This document shows positions 53,150 to 62,133 of a DNA stretch of 64,000 bases, piece after piece. The stretch covers positions 3,096 to 67,095 of the forward strand of contig DAHXLU010000097.1 of NCBI GenBank assembly GCA_027365835.1, in the 5' to 3' direction. The notes under the pieces are model-generated. The model had not been told where the DNA came from. It saw only the letters and a list, made by a program, of their open reading frames with translations, and made no database searches. The translations under genes and the position numbers were made by a program. The first letter of the stretch is position 1. Each line of letters begins with the position of its first letter. The DNA is from Candidatus Dormiibacterota bacterium. Its GTDB lineage: Bacteria > Chloroflexota > Dormibacteria > Aeolococcales > Aeolococcaceae.

Positions 53150-53420
53150 TTGCACACCAGGGCTAAAACGCAGGAGGCCAAGTTTGTCTGGAATCTGCTC
53201 CAGAGAATTGAGTAAGTCTATCCGGCGGTTGACCGTGATGACGTGAGGGGTGGTTAGCTCATCCAGAACGTAGCGCATCCGGCAGCGACCGGGCCAGCTG
53301 GTCCAGTTTGGTCACCACCAGGGTGTCACCGGCCTGGAATGTGGCTAACGCTTCCTTCAGCCCTGGCCACGATGTTTCTGAAAACCCACGATTATCTTTT
53401 TGCGCAAGCTTTACTTTTTT
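53150..53420 (-). pseudogene. serine recombinase (resolvase/invertase) fragment, truncated and frameshifted
   Basis: On the minus strand, 53420-53259 reads ...SWPGLKEALATFQAGDTLVVTKLDQLARSLPDAL followed by a stop. A second frame (53278 downward) continues as YVLDELTTPHVITVNRRIDL. The catalytic-Ser N-terminus and the HTH C-terminus are missing. Confidence 0.6.
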
Positions 53421-53473
53421 TCAGCATCTCCCGCGTAGCCCAGGGCAGGAGCAGGATAGAGAGGTGCCTCAGG

Positions 53474-54382
53474 TTAGCGCTGGAAAGCAGAACCGCTGGG
53501 TGCGGGGAGTGCACGTTCCGAATAGGCAAATGCGCGCAGGGCATGGGTGCCAAATACCGAGATGGCCGGGGCAGCAGAGAGCAAGGCATCGTGGAGTGCT
53601 TCTGGAAAGAAGGCCTCATCATCACGCTCTGCCCGTGCACATGCTCCAAGAAAGCCGCCGGCAAACGCATCCCCAGCGCCGGTTGGGTCATCTACTCCCG
53701 GGACAGGCGCTGCTGGCATGCTAAGGCAGGTTCCCTGTGTGACGAGGGTCGCGCCCAGTGGACCCCTTTTGACCACTACTGCCCGGAGTCTGCCCTTTCC
53801 GAGCAGGGACTTTGCTCCTTTCTCAAAATCCTCAAGGGCATGACCCGACAGTAGTGACAGTTCGCGGCGATCCAGAAACAGTATGTCTGCATTCTGCACT
53901 ACCTCGCTAACAGCATCGTGCTGTTCTGAGATAAAGACGGCCATGGAGTCCGCTCCGGAGAGGCGTGCATTGCTCTGGAGCTGTGCCTCCCGCTGGAGTG
54001 CGGGCATGGTACTGCCGATAAAGAGTACGGGTGCATTCATGGCGGCTCCGGTTAGTCTCGGGTGCCAGCCTACATATGCTCCTGGTTCGGTGCGGACACT
54101 CGATGTCATCCAGGTATTGAAATCGTGCTCCAGGTGAGACCGGAAGGTAGGCATGGGGCTAACTGACACACCACTCCGGTCTATTGGCAGCTCCTGGCAG
54201 AGTGATGCCAGCTCTTCTTCCCCGTCCTCTCCTACGACGGCGCTCATGTGGACCTGGCTGTAGCGGCAGGCCGAAAGGGAAAAATAGACTGCTGATCCCC
54301 CCATGACATGGTCGCGATGTCCCCTTGGAGTAGTGATCTCGTCAAACGTTACAGATCCTGCGACTGCGATGTCCCAGCTCAT
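53474..54382 (-). CDS. PfkB-family carbohydrate kinase
   Basis: The N-terminus is VAGSVTFDEI, and the C-terminal motif is DPTGAGDAFAGGFLGA. GGAGAGGGG precedes the ATG. Confidence 0.85.
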   Translation of the reverse strand: MSWDIAVAGSVTFDEITTPRGHRDHVMGGSAVYFSLSACRYSQVHMSAVVGEDGEEELASLCQELPIDRSGVSVSPMPTFRSHLEHDFNTWMTSSVRTEPGAYVGWHPRLTGAAMNAPVLFIGSTMPALQREAQLQSNARLSGADSMAVFISEQHDAVSEVVQNADILFLDRRELSLLSGHALEDFEKGAKSLLGKGRLRAVVVKRGPLGATLVTQGTCLSMPAAPVPGVDDPTGAGDAFAGGFLGACARAERDDEAFFPEALHDALLSAAPAISVFGTHALRAFAYSERALPAPSGSAFQR

Positions 54383-54397
54383 TTGTTATCCCCTCTC

Positions 54398-54892
54398 CTA
54401 AGCCTCATTGGCAGTCACTATCGTTGCCGGGCCAAATAGCGGGATGATCCTGGCTGGCCGCTCGCTACGCTCCTTTATAACCTTGGCAGCCAGGCTGCCC
54501 TGTGCGGAAAAGAGTGCCTCTGTCACTGCGTCGAGTCCCCGGTTGATGCCCAGCTGGTTGGAGATTTCCGGGTCCACCTCCCTGGCAAAGTTCGCGATCG
54601 CTGTCCAGAGGGCAACGGGCACCAGTGGCATACCATCCAGCCGGCATTCTTCCACCGCAGCAACCAGGGCATCTGAGGTCCTTAGCCTGCCCCGGTAGCG
54701 CAGCTGGCTACGGCGGGCAAAGAGCGATTGCCTGTCAATGAGCAGGAGCTGCGCAGTAGTGCGGGCGATTGGGCCCAGCCCGTTCGCCCCGGTAAAGGCC
54801 ATGCGGCCATTGTACCGGTCCCCGACTGAAAATAGGCGGGTTGCGGCCGAATAATACAAAAGTGTTGCCACTCCAGACTGGCTCTTGCACAT
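54398..54892 (-). CDS. hypothetical protein
   Basis: The ORF lies directly upstream of the PfkB gene on the same strand. The internal Met at 54802 is an alternative start. I recognise no family. Confidence 0.5.
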   Translation of the reverse strand: MCKSQSGVATLLYYSAATRLFSVGDRYNGRMAFTGANGLGPIARTTAQLLLIDRQSLFARRSQLRYRGRLRTSDALVAAVEECRLDGMPLVPVALWTAIANFAREVDPEISNQLGINRGLDAVTEALFSAQGSLAAKVIKERSERPARIIPLFGPATIVTANEA

Positions 54893-54946
54893 TGAGCCAG
54901 TACGCTGGCTGCTGCCCTGTTTTCGCGCTGGGCCAGGTGGCTGGGC

Positions 54947-55207
54947 CTACCCGGGGGGCTGGCGCAGGCTCCATTTCCCACTACGGATCCGGTTGAGACA
55001 AGCCATCCCAATCGCCAGGGCGGCAGCGCAGACTACGATCAGACCAAGTCCGGTTGCCAGCGTTCCGCTCCCTGCAGTCCCTATGCTGCCAACAACAAAG
55101 AGGATGAGAAGTGACCAGAGGCAGCAGTTACCGCAGCCGCAGCCGCCTGTGGTTTTTACTACAGTGCGTGTGCCATCCGGGTGGGTGATGGTGGTCTGTT
55201 TGCCCAT
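54947..55207 (-). CDS. small Cys-rich membrane protein
   Basis: 86 aa. A GGCGCGNCC motif leads directly into TM1, and there is a second TM. Confidence 0.5.
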   Translation of the reverse strand: MGKQTTITHPDGTRTVVKTTGGCGCGNCCLWSLLILFVVGSIGTAGSGTLATGLGLIVVCAAALAIGMACLNRIRSGKWSLRQPPG

Positions 55208-55275
55208 GGCCCCCCTTTTTTAGCCTGCCCTGCCTTCATGGCCAGCCCCTGCGCACCTGGGGGGGGGCGGAGCTG

Positions 55276-56067
55276 TCAGTCAGCTTTGCCCGATGGGCAG
55301 CAAAGAGCTCTCCATGCCCCTTGCTCAGCTACCAGGTGGATCTTGCGGGTCTGTGTCTGGAGCTTTCCTCCCAGTGCAAAGGTGTAGCTGGCATCCAGCT
55401 CTGCTGCTAGGGCATAGGTTACGCCATGCTCTGGGTCTGCCCAGTCTTTTATGAGCCGGCTGGCCTTGACCTCCATTTTTTCTATCCGGTCCAGCCCCTG
55501 TGCCCGCTGGTAGGCAGCAAACGCTTCTATGCTTCCCCAGACCTTCTGGCAGTGCGGAGAGAGCAGGTCGTAGGCGCGTTTCCACTGCCGGCTACGCACC
55601 AGCTCAAAGAAGAGTGATTCTGTAAACTCGGGTTTGGCCCTTGGCCGCTCTGGCTCAGTCTTCTTTTTTCTGTTTTCTGTGGCCCTGGAGGGCCATGACA
55701 CTTCTGCCTGGGCAGCGTGTCTCATGGTCTCTGGCAGCCAGATTGCCGCATCCCGGGGGTCGGCACCATGCTCCTGGACGGGAATGTTAAAGCCAGCTGG
55801 CATGCTGTCGGCGTCACTGGCGGGTTCCAGCGGAGCAGTCCATCGTCCGGTGAGCTCGACTGGCTGTGCGGCGTTGCGTCTCTTTGAGACCCGGGCTGCT
55901 ACCGTACCTGTTGCCCTGGAGGGGGTCCAGTCCCAGGGAGATCGTGCAGAAGGATGCTCGTTTTCGCGGCGCCATCCATCCGGGTCCGTGCTTACCAGCC
56001 GGGCAATGGCATCGATGATGGACGAGAGTGGCATAGCCTCCTTTATATACTCCATTTGCTCCCACAA
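55276..56067 (-). CDS. hypothetical protein
   Basis: 263 codons. The C-terminal 110 aa look like an NTF2-like/DUF4878-like fold (inference only). The exact start is uncertain. Confidence 0.55.
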   Translation of the reverse strand: MWEQMEYIKEAMPLSSIIDAIARLVSTDPDGWRRENEHPSARSPWDWTPSRATGTVAARVSKRRNAAQPVELTGRWTAPLEPASDADSMPAGFNIPVQEHGADPRDAAIWLPETMRHAAQAEVSWPSRATENRKKKTEPERPRAKPEFTESLFFELVRSRQWKRAYDLLSPHCQKVWGSIEAFAAYQRAQGLDRIEKMEVKASRLIKDWADPEHGVTYALAAELDASYTFALGGKLQTQTRKIHLVAEQGAWRALCCPSGKAD

Positions 56068-56127
56068 TTGGGGGGAATCCTGCGCTTTGCTGCAAAAGCC
56101 TGTGGGGGCGGAGTACCATGCGCCCCT

Positions 56128-56499
56128 ATGGACGAAAAAATTCTTTTGGTTGAAGATGAGGCAGGCGCGGCCCAGAATGTGAAGATGGAGCTGGATGGCT
56201 CCGGCTACGAGCTGCGCTGGGTGCGGTCAGTGAGGGAGGCCCGGGCGCTTCTGCCCCAGTATCAGCCAGATGTATTGCTGCTCGATCTGACCCTGGAGGT
56301 GGACGGCCTGGAGTTTTTCCAGGGCTTGCGCCAGGCTGGGCGGGAGCCGGATGCCGGTACGGTACTGCTGGTAGATGACAGAAATACTGCACTCCGGGAG
56401 AGGGCTCACCAGATGGGGCCTGCGGCGGTGGTGACCAAGCCACTTCAGGTTGGAGTCCTGATGGCGGCTATCTCTGACCTTCTCAATTTCCGCGAGTGA
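56128..56499 (+). CDS. single-domain response regulator (receiver only)
   Basis: Receiver motifs are KILLVEDE, DVLLLDLTLEVDG and VVTKPL. The start is chosen at the ATG at 56128. Confidence 0.85.
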   Translation: MDEKILLVEDEAGAAQNVKMELDGSGYELRWVRSVREARALLPQYQPDVLLLDLTLEVDGLEFFQGLRQAGREPDAGTVLLVDDRNTALRERAHQMGPAAVVTKPLQVGVLMAAISDLLNFRE

Positions 56500-56619
56500 T
56501 TTTCCTGTGGGCAGCTTGCTGGCAGATGGAGCGCCCGGAGATGGAGTTGCTGGGCGGGGTGCAGCACCCAGATGGTGGTACAGTGCTGGCCGCCGTCCAG
56601 CTAAACTCATAAAACTGTT

Positions 56620-57678
56620 GTGAGCACCACTATAGTTGTCCTGCACGGTGACCAGACTGGCGAAGAGCTGCTTCAGGAGGCGCTGCGTCTTCTTTCGGTG
56701 CCTGCGCTCGCAGCCCATCTGAATCTGGTTCACTTTGACCTTTCCCTGGCCAGCCGCAGGCGTAGCGACAATGAGGTAGTGCACGAGGCAGCGCGGGAGA
56801 TGCGCAAGTGTGGGTTTGGTCTCAAGGCAGCTACGATCACGCCAGAGGTCCAGGGAGACGTGGGTAGTCCCAATGCACTGCTGCGGGCTGAGGTTAATGG
56901 CAAGGTAATACTGCGGACGGGCAATCATATTCCAGGGGTAGCTGCGGTTGGTGCGACCAGTGCACCCATGAGCGTAGTCCGCATGGCGGTGGACGATGCC
57001 TACGGCGCGCGAGAGTGGAGAAAGAAGGAGGGGGATGATGAAATTGCCTTCCGGACCGAGCAGATCTCCCGGGCGACCTGCCGGGCGGTGGCGGAATTTT
57101 CATTCCGGCACGCGCAGACTATAGGCGGAACTGTCTTTGGGGGGCCAAAGTACACGGTCTCTCCCGTCTATGAGGGGCTTCTCAAGGAAGAGATGGATGG
57201 AGCGGCAAGGCGCCATCCTGACGTGCCATACAACCCCCAGCTAATCGATACGACCTACGCGATGCTGCTGATGCATGACGGGGGGCCACTGGTTGTGCCT
57301 GCCCTGAACCGGGATGGTGACTGTCTCAGTGATTTTGTACTGCAGCTGTATGGGACGATTGCCGGGAGCGAATCAGTTTTGCTCGGGTTTGGAGAGGACA
57401 TGGCCCAGCCCACAGTGGTCATGGCTGAGGCACCCCATGGCACAGCCCCCTCCCTTGAGGGCCGGGACATCGCCAATCCTATGGCAATGTTCCTTGCAGC
57501 AGCAGCGGTGCTCCGGTACTCACCCGAGCCGGCGCTGGTGGAGGGTGGCAAGAAGATCCATGACGAGGTGTTCGAAGCCGTTCGGCAGGGGGTACGCACC
57601 CTTGACATCGGTGGTGATGCCAAGACGAGCGAATTTACTGATGTCGTGCTATCGCGCATGGTCGCCTCCCGCAAATAG
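56620..57678 (+). CDS. isocitrate/isopropylmalate dehydrogenase family protein
   Basis: 352 aa. The N-terminus reads IVVLHGDQTGEELL, NRDGDCLSDFVLQLYGTIAGSES is present, and the C-terminus reads ANPMAMFLAAAAVL. Confidence 0.8.
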   Translation: MSTTIVVLHGDQTGEELLQEALRLLSVPALAAHLNLVHFDLSLASRRRSDNEVVHEAAREMRKCGFGLKAATITPEVQGDVGSPNALLRAEVNGKVILRTGNHIPGVAAVGATSAPMSVVRMAVDDAYGAREWRKKEGDDEIAFRTEQISRATCRAVAEFSFRHAQTIGGTVFGGPKYTVSPVYEGLLKEEMDGAARRHPDVPYNPQLIDTTYAMLLMHDGGPLVVPALNRDGDCLSDFVLQLYGTIAGSESVLLGFGEDMAQPTVVMAEAPHGTAPSLEGRDIANPMAMFLAAAAVLRYSPEPALVEGGKKIHDEVFEAVRQGVRTLDIGGDAKTSEFTDVVLSRMVASRK

Positions 57679-57721
57679 CGGGATGGTCAAGGGGCCATAC
57701 CCAATGCGAATCTGTCGGGCG

Positions 57722-57730
57722 TGATACAAT
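57722..57730 (+). promoter_or_regulatory. candidate extended -10 promoter element (TGaTACAAT)
   Basis: Read directly from the sequence, 55 nt upstream of the SD-led ATG at 57785. Confidence 0.35.
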
Positions 57731-57744
57731 GTCAGTCACTAATC

Positions 57745-57762
57745 TAACGTTAACGGTAACGT
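57745..57762 (+). promoter_or_regulatory. 3 x TAACG direct repeat at 6-bp phasing (contains ACGTTA-N4-TAACGT inverted repeat); candidate operator
   Basis: The sequence taacgttaacggtaacgt lies between the candidate promoter and the MFS start. Confidence 0.35.
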
Positions 57763-57784
57763 CGAAAAGTTGATGGAGGGCGGT

Positions 57785-59626
57785 ATGGCTGGGGATAGCT
57801 CGCATGGTGCAACGGCCCACACAAAGCCTGGTCTTGATTACAAGTGGATAGCACTGTCCAATACAACACTTGGCATCCTCATGGCTACGATCAACTCTTC
57901 CATCCTGATTATTGCCATGCCCGACATCTTCCGGGGAATCCACCTGAACCCACTGGTACCGGCAAATACGAGCTATCTGCTCTGGCTGCTCATGGGATTC
58001 ATGGTGGTTACCTCGGTCCTGGTTGTAAGTTTCGGCCGGATTGGAGACATGTTTGGCAGGGTAAAGATGTACAACCTGGGATTCATCATCTTTACGATAG
58101 GCTCAGTCCTGCTGTCAGTCACCTGGCTCAATGGGCCTGCCGGGGCTATCTGGCTTATCGCCATGCGCGTGGTGCAGGGAATCGGCGGCGCCTTCCTGTT
58201 TGCGAACTCTGCGGCCATCCTGACTGATGCCTTCCCGCAGGACCAGCGGGGGCTTGCACTTGGCATCAACAATGTTGCTGGTATTGCGGGCTCATTTCTT
58301 GGTCTCATACTGGGCGGCTTGCTGGCGCCGGTTGACTGGCACATGGTGTTTGTTGTCTCGGTGCCATTTGGAATTGTTGGGACGGTATGGTCGATATGGA
58401 AACTGGAGGAAAAGGGAGTTCGCAAGGCAGCCAGGATAGACTGGTGGGGGAATCTCACCTTTGCGATAGGGCTTATCGCGCTCCTGGTTGCCATTACGTA
58501 TGGGATCATGCCGTACGGCAGCAGCAGCATGGGCTGGGGAAATCCGGCTGTCATAGCTGGCATCGTGGCAGGCATTGTTTTTCTGCTGGTATTTGCGCTC
58601 ATTGAGACCAAAGTGGCCGATCCGATGTTCCGGCTGGGTCTGTTCCGGATCCGGGCGTTTGCAGCTGGGAATATCGCAAGCCTGCTAGCATCGCTTAGCC
58701 GCGGCGGGATGATGTTCACCATGATCATCTGGCTACAGGGCATCTGGTTGCCGCTTCATGGCTACAGCTTTGCCACAACACCGCTATGGGCCGGTATCTA
58801 CATGCTGCCACTTACGGCTGGTTTTCTGGTAGCTGGCCCAGCATCTGGTATTCTCTCTGACCATTTTGGTGCCCGCCCCTTTGCAACCGGAGGCATGCTG
58901 CTCGCAGCAGTCAGCTTTCTCCTTCTCACTTTCCTGCCGATTGACTTTTCGTACATCTGGTTTGCGCTGCTGCTGCTTCTGAACGGACTTGCTATGGGTC
59001 TCTTTGCCTCGCCCAACCGGGCAGGCATCATGAACAGTCTGCCGCCTCATCAGAGAGGCTCTGGTGCAGGGATGGTTGCGACCTTCCAGAACTCCGCCAT
59101 GGTGCTTTCGATAGGAATCTTTTTCACTCTTATAATTACCGGGCTCGCCGTACACCTTCCTGCTGCAATGCAGTCTGGGCTTGTCGCACAGGGGGTGCCG
59201 GTAGCACTGGCCTCTACTATTTCCCATCTGCCACCGACTGCTACGGTATTTTCTGCCTTCCTTGGGTACAATCCCATGCAGTCGCTGCTGGGGCCGGCAC
59301 TCGCCCACCTGCCCGCGGCCAATGCTGCCTACATCACCGGACGGCAGTTCTTTCCCCACCTGATAGCCTCATCCTTTGGGAAGGGGCTGGATGAGGCATT
59401 TTACTTTGCCATGGTGGGAAGTCTCGTTGCTGCGGTTGCATCCTACCTGCGAGGTGGAAAGTATCACTATCGCGATCCGGATGATGAACCGGTCCCAGTT
59501 GTGGCGGTCAGACCAGATACAACGACGCCTGTTGCAGCAGGCATGGATGCTTTCTCTGCAGATCCTGCAGAGGGTGGCAGGAGCCAGAGAGATGGGGTAT
59601 CCGGACTTGACAGTACACCGGCATGA
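57785..59626 (+). CDS. MFS transporter (DHA2/EmrB-like, 14 TM)
   Basis: The start is chosen at the ATG at 57785, 4 nt after GGAGGG. The MFS motif GRIGDMFGRVKMYNLG is present and there are about 14 hydrophobic segments. Confidence 0.88.
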   Translation: MAGDSSHGATAHTKPGLDYKWIALSNTTLGILMATINSSILIIAMPDIFRGIHLNPLVPANTSYLLWLLMGFMVVTSVLVVSFGRIGDMFGRVKMYNLGFIIFTIGSVLLSVTWLNGPAGAIWLIAMRVVQGIGGAFLFANSAAILTDAFPQDQRGLALGINNVAGIAGSFLGLILGGLLAPVDWHMVFVVSVPFGIVGTVWSIWKLEEKGVRKAARIDWWGNLTFAIGLIALLVAITYGIMPYGSSSMGWGNPAVIAGIVAGIVFLLVFALIETKVADPMFRLGLFRIRAFAAGNIASLLASLSRGGMMFTMIIWLQGIWLPLHGYSFATTPLWAGIYMLPLTAGFLVAGPASGILSDHFGARPFATGGMLLAAVSFLLLTFLPIDFSYIWFALLLLLNGLAMGLFASPNRAGIMNSLPPHQRGSGAGMVATFQNSAMVLSIGIFFTLIITGLAVHLPAAMQSGLVAQGVPVALASTISHLPPTATVFSAFLGYNPMQSLLGPALAHLPAANAAYITGRQFFPHLIASSFGKGLDEAFYFAMVGSLVAAVASYLRGGKYHYRDPDDEPVPVVAVRPDTTTPVAAGMDAFSADPAEGGRSQRDGVSGLDSTPA

Positions 59627-60141
59627 GCAACACGGTTGGCATTCCCGCCACGCCCCTTCTTTCTGCTGCGGGCACTGACTCACCTTCTTCGGATTCGCCC
59701 CCAGCGGGGCAATGTTCTCCCATGTTGCGCATTGGGGCGGTTGCAGAACGGACTGGAGTGTCTGAGCGAACCCTGCGCTACTACGAGGAGATTGGTCTTA
59801 TTGTTCTCGCAGCCCACCCTGGCGGTGGAACCCGCCGTTATCAGGAGCAGGACGTAGCGCGCGTGGAGAGGATCAGGGAACTGCAGTCAGTGATGGGTTT
59901 TAATCTGTGTGAGATCCGGGAGATAATGGCGGCGGAAGACCGGCTGGAGGCGCTGCGCGGGCAGTACCATTCTGAAAGCGAACCAGCAAAGCGTGAGTTG
60001 CTGCCGCAGCTGCTGGATGAGGCGATTGGGGTGCTTACGGCAATACTGGTGCAGGTGGATGCCAAGTCAGAAAAACTGGCCCTGTTCCGTAGCGACCTCG
60101 CTCACAGGATAGAGCGCTTCGAGCAGCTGCGCGCCGGGTGA
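59623..60141 (+). CDS. MerR-family transcriptional regulator
   Basis: The start overlaps the MFS stop (ATGA). The HTH reads LRIGAVAERTGVSERTLRYYEEIGLI, and a coiled-coil C-terminus follows. Confidence 0.88.
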   Translation: MSNTVGIPATPLLSAAGTDSPSSDSPPAGQCSPMLRIGAVAERTGVSERTLRYYEEIGLIVLAAHPGGGTRRYQEQDVARVERIRELQSVMGFNLCEIREIMAAEDRLEALRGQYHSESEPAKRELLPQLLDEAIGVLTAILVQVDAKSEKLALFRSDLAHRIERFEQLRAG

Positions 60142-60263
60142 CTTGCAGGCAGTCGCTCCTCAACGCCAGCAACTTAAAGGAGGTAAGGCTGCAGACGCAG
60201 TGCCAGCTGTCTGGAAAGCTGGGTAGCCGCCATGGGGGAAGAGATTATCGCCCCGGGTGAAGT

Positions 60264-61439
60264 TTATTCCAGTCGCGCAGTATCCACACTTTTTCCTGCT
60301 GCAATAAGTTCTCTTGCCTGGTCTACCTTGCCAAAGCTGTTCCATGTAAGTATTCCGCGGGGGTGGCGCTCTGTGTCCAGATAGTAGACAGTTGCCTCCT
60401 TCCCGGGAGTGTGCCAGTCAACCATGCAGGGCATGGTGTTGTCCAGTATTCCGACCGCCTCATATCCATTGTCAAACAGGTCAGAATAGAAAAACGGAAG
60501 GTGGTCATACCGCTGCCCGGCTCCAGCCATGTTCATCCCGGCCGCCTTGCCATGCCGTATCGCATGGTCCTCATGCTCCACCCGCAGGGTTGTCTTTAGG
60601 GCAAGGCAGGGGAAGAGGGCTACATCACCGGCCGCATAAATGCCACTTGCGCCTTCTGCCTCCGCGAACTCGTTGACTGCTATTCCGTTGTCGCAGTGCA
60701 GCCCACAGCTGGCGGCCAGTCCCGATTGCGGGGTGATGCCAAGGCCAGCCACCACTATGTTCGCTGCAGCATGGTCTCCGTTTGAGAGCGAGAGTTCCAG
60801 CTTTTCATGGTTGCGCCCAACTCCCCTGACGGTGAGACCGGGCATGATCCTGATTCCATGCGCTTCATAGTCTTTTGTGACCACAGCCGCCAGCTCTTTT
60901 GGCAGGATGCGGCCCCCGACTGCATCTTCGGCAAAGATCAGGGTGACGCGGCAATCCTGGCCCGCCAGTGCCGCTGCTATCTCGGATCCGATGAATCCGC
61001 CCCCGAGAACTGCAATCTCAGTGCCTGCAGTGGCCTGTGTGCGCAGCCTGCGATAGTCTTCGACGGTCCGGAAGTAGATAATGTCGCTACAGTCAACCGG
61101 TAGTCTTCGGGGCGTACCCCCTGTGGCAAGCAACAATTTGTCGTACTGGTAGCTGTTCCCGTCCTGGTCGGTAGCGATCCTTTTTTGGGGGTCTATACTG
61201 CCGACGGTATGGTTGAGCAGCAGGTCGACCCCAAGCTCTTCTGTATGACAGAAGATGGATTCTTCCTTGTCGCCCTTCCACAGTGCCTTGGTGAGGGGAG
61301 GGGGTGCGTATGGGGCCACAGCGCTGCTGGAGAGTATTCCAATAGTGCCGTCCGGGTCCATGCTTCGGATCCCCTCACAGGCGCTGTGGGCGGTCAGGCC
61401 ACCCCCAACAATCAGGTACTGGTAGTGCTTTGGGTTCAT
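60264..61439 (-). CDS. FAD/NAD(P)-dependent pyridine nucleotide-disulfide oxidoreductase (ferredoxin reductase / AIF-like)
   Basis: Two dinucleotide-binding folds are present (YLIVGGGLTA and VLGGGFIGSEIAA), and the motif IYAAGDVA. AAGGAG lies 5 nt upstream of the ATG at 61439. Confidence 0.88.
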   Translation of the reverse strand: MNPKHYQYLIVGGGLTAHSACEGIRSMDPDGTIGILSSSAVAPYAPPPLTKALWKGDKEESIFCHTEELGVDLLLNHTVGSIDPQKRIATDQDGNSYQYDKLLLATGGTPRRLPVDCSDIIYFRTVEDYRRLRTQATAGTEIAVLGGGFIGSEIAAALAGQDCRVTLIFAEDAVGGRILPKELAAVVTKDYEAHGIRIMPGLTVRGVGRNHEKLELSLSNGDHAAANIVVAGLGITPQSGLAASCGLHCDNGIAVNEFAEAEGASGIYAAGDVALFPCLALKTTLRVEHEDHAIRHGKAAGMNMAGAGQRYDHLPFFYSDLFDNGYEAVGILDNTMPCMVDWHTPGKEATVYYLDTERHPRGILTWNSFGKVDQARELIAAGKSVDTARLE

Positions 61440-61726
61440 ACGGTCTCCTTTGCATGCCATTCTGCCAGTTTTGCGCCCCAGTCAGGAGGGGGGCTGGATG
61501 GCAGGCACAGGGCAGGGGTAGCCCTGGACCTGGCGCTTTTTCATGAGGGAGGAGTGCCAGAGGGGCCCGGTTTGGAAGTGCAGCAAGCCTCATGCGGGAG
61601 TCTTTACAGGGTGGAGCCTACGGCAATCCTGCTGGCATGGGATAGAGTTGCAGAGGGCGGTACTGTGTACGATCGAAATGACACCATGGAGGGCTAAGCG
61701 GACACGCCCCTGGCCCTCCCCAGTAG

Positions 61727-62011
61727 TCAGCGGTAGCCTTCGTCAACTGTCTCTGAGAGCCGCATCAGATCTATCACGGCCTGCCGCCTCGCGGACTTTC
61801 GTCTTTCCCGATACGCCAGTACATCGGAAAGCTAGATCCGGCAGTTTCGGCCCGCTCCATGGAAGGTAATTTCTCCCTTGTCCAGAATGTTGCGAACCAG
61901 GCACTGGAGAGAGACCTGGAGCAGGTCGGCAGCTTGCTGCATGGTCAGTTCTTTTGTCAGGTCATTTGCCGGGTCTCCATGCATTGCGTCATGACCTCCA
62001 TTGCATCGCAT
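61727..62011 (-). pseudogene. excisionase-type HTH antitoxin-like gene interrupted by an in-frame TAG
   Basis: The minus strand reads ...LTMQQAADLLQVSLQCLVRNILDKGEITFHGAGRNCRI, then TAG (61832-61834), then LSDVLAYRERRKSARRQAVIDLMRLSETVDEGYR and a stop. The collinear pattern LxxxEAAxLLxVS...G.I.....G..RRI...DL..Y is typical of Xis-family antitoxins. Confidence 0.5.
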
Positions 62012-62133
62012 CCAATGTCATCGCCGTCCTGGGATCCGGCCCCCTCTCGCGCCAGCGACGCTTTTGGGCCGTACCTCCCGCGTAGGATGTTACTGCTACC
62101 CATCCTGTTACATATGTAGCAGCCTGGGTGGAC

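Noticed and set aside
61780-61810. The string cgaaagtccgcgagg resembles the GAAAGUCC core of RNase P RNA.
   Set aside because: It lies inside the antitoxin-like reading frame (RERRKSARR). None of the other RNase P RNA conserved regions are nearby.
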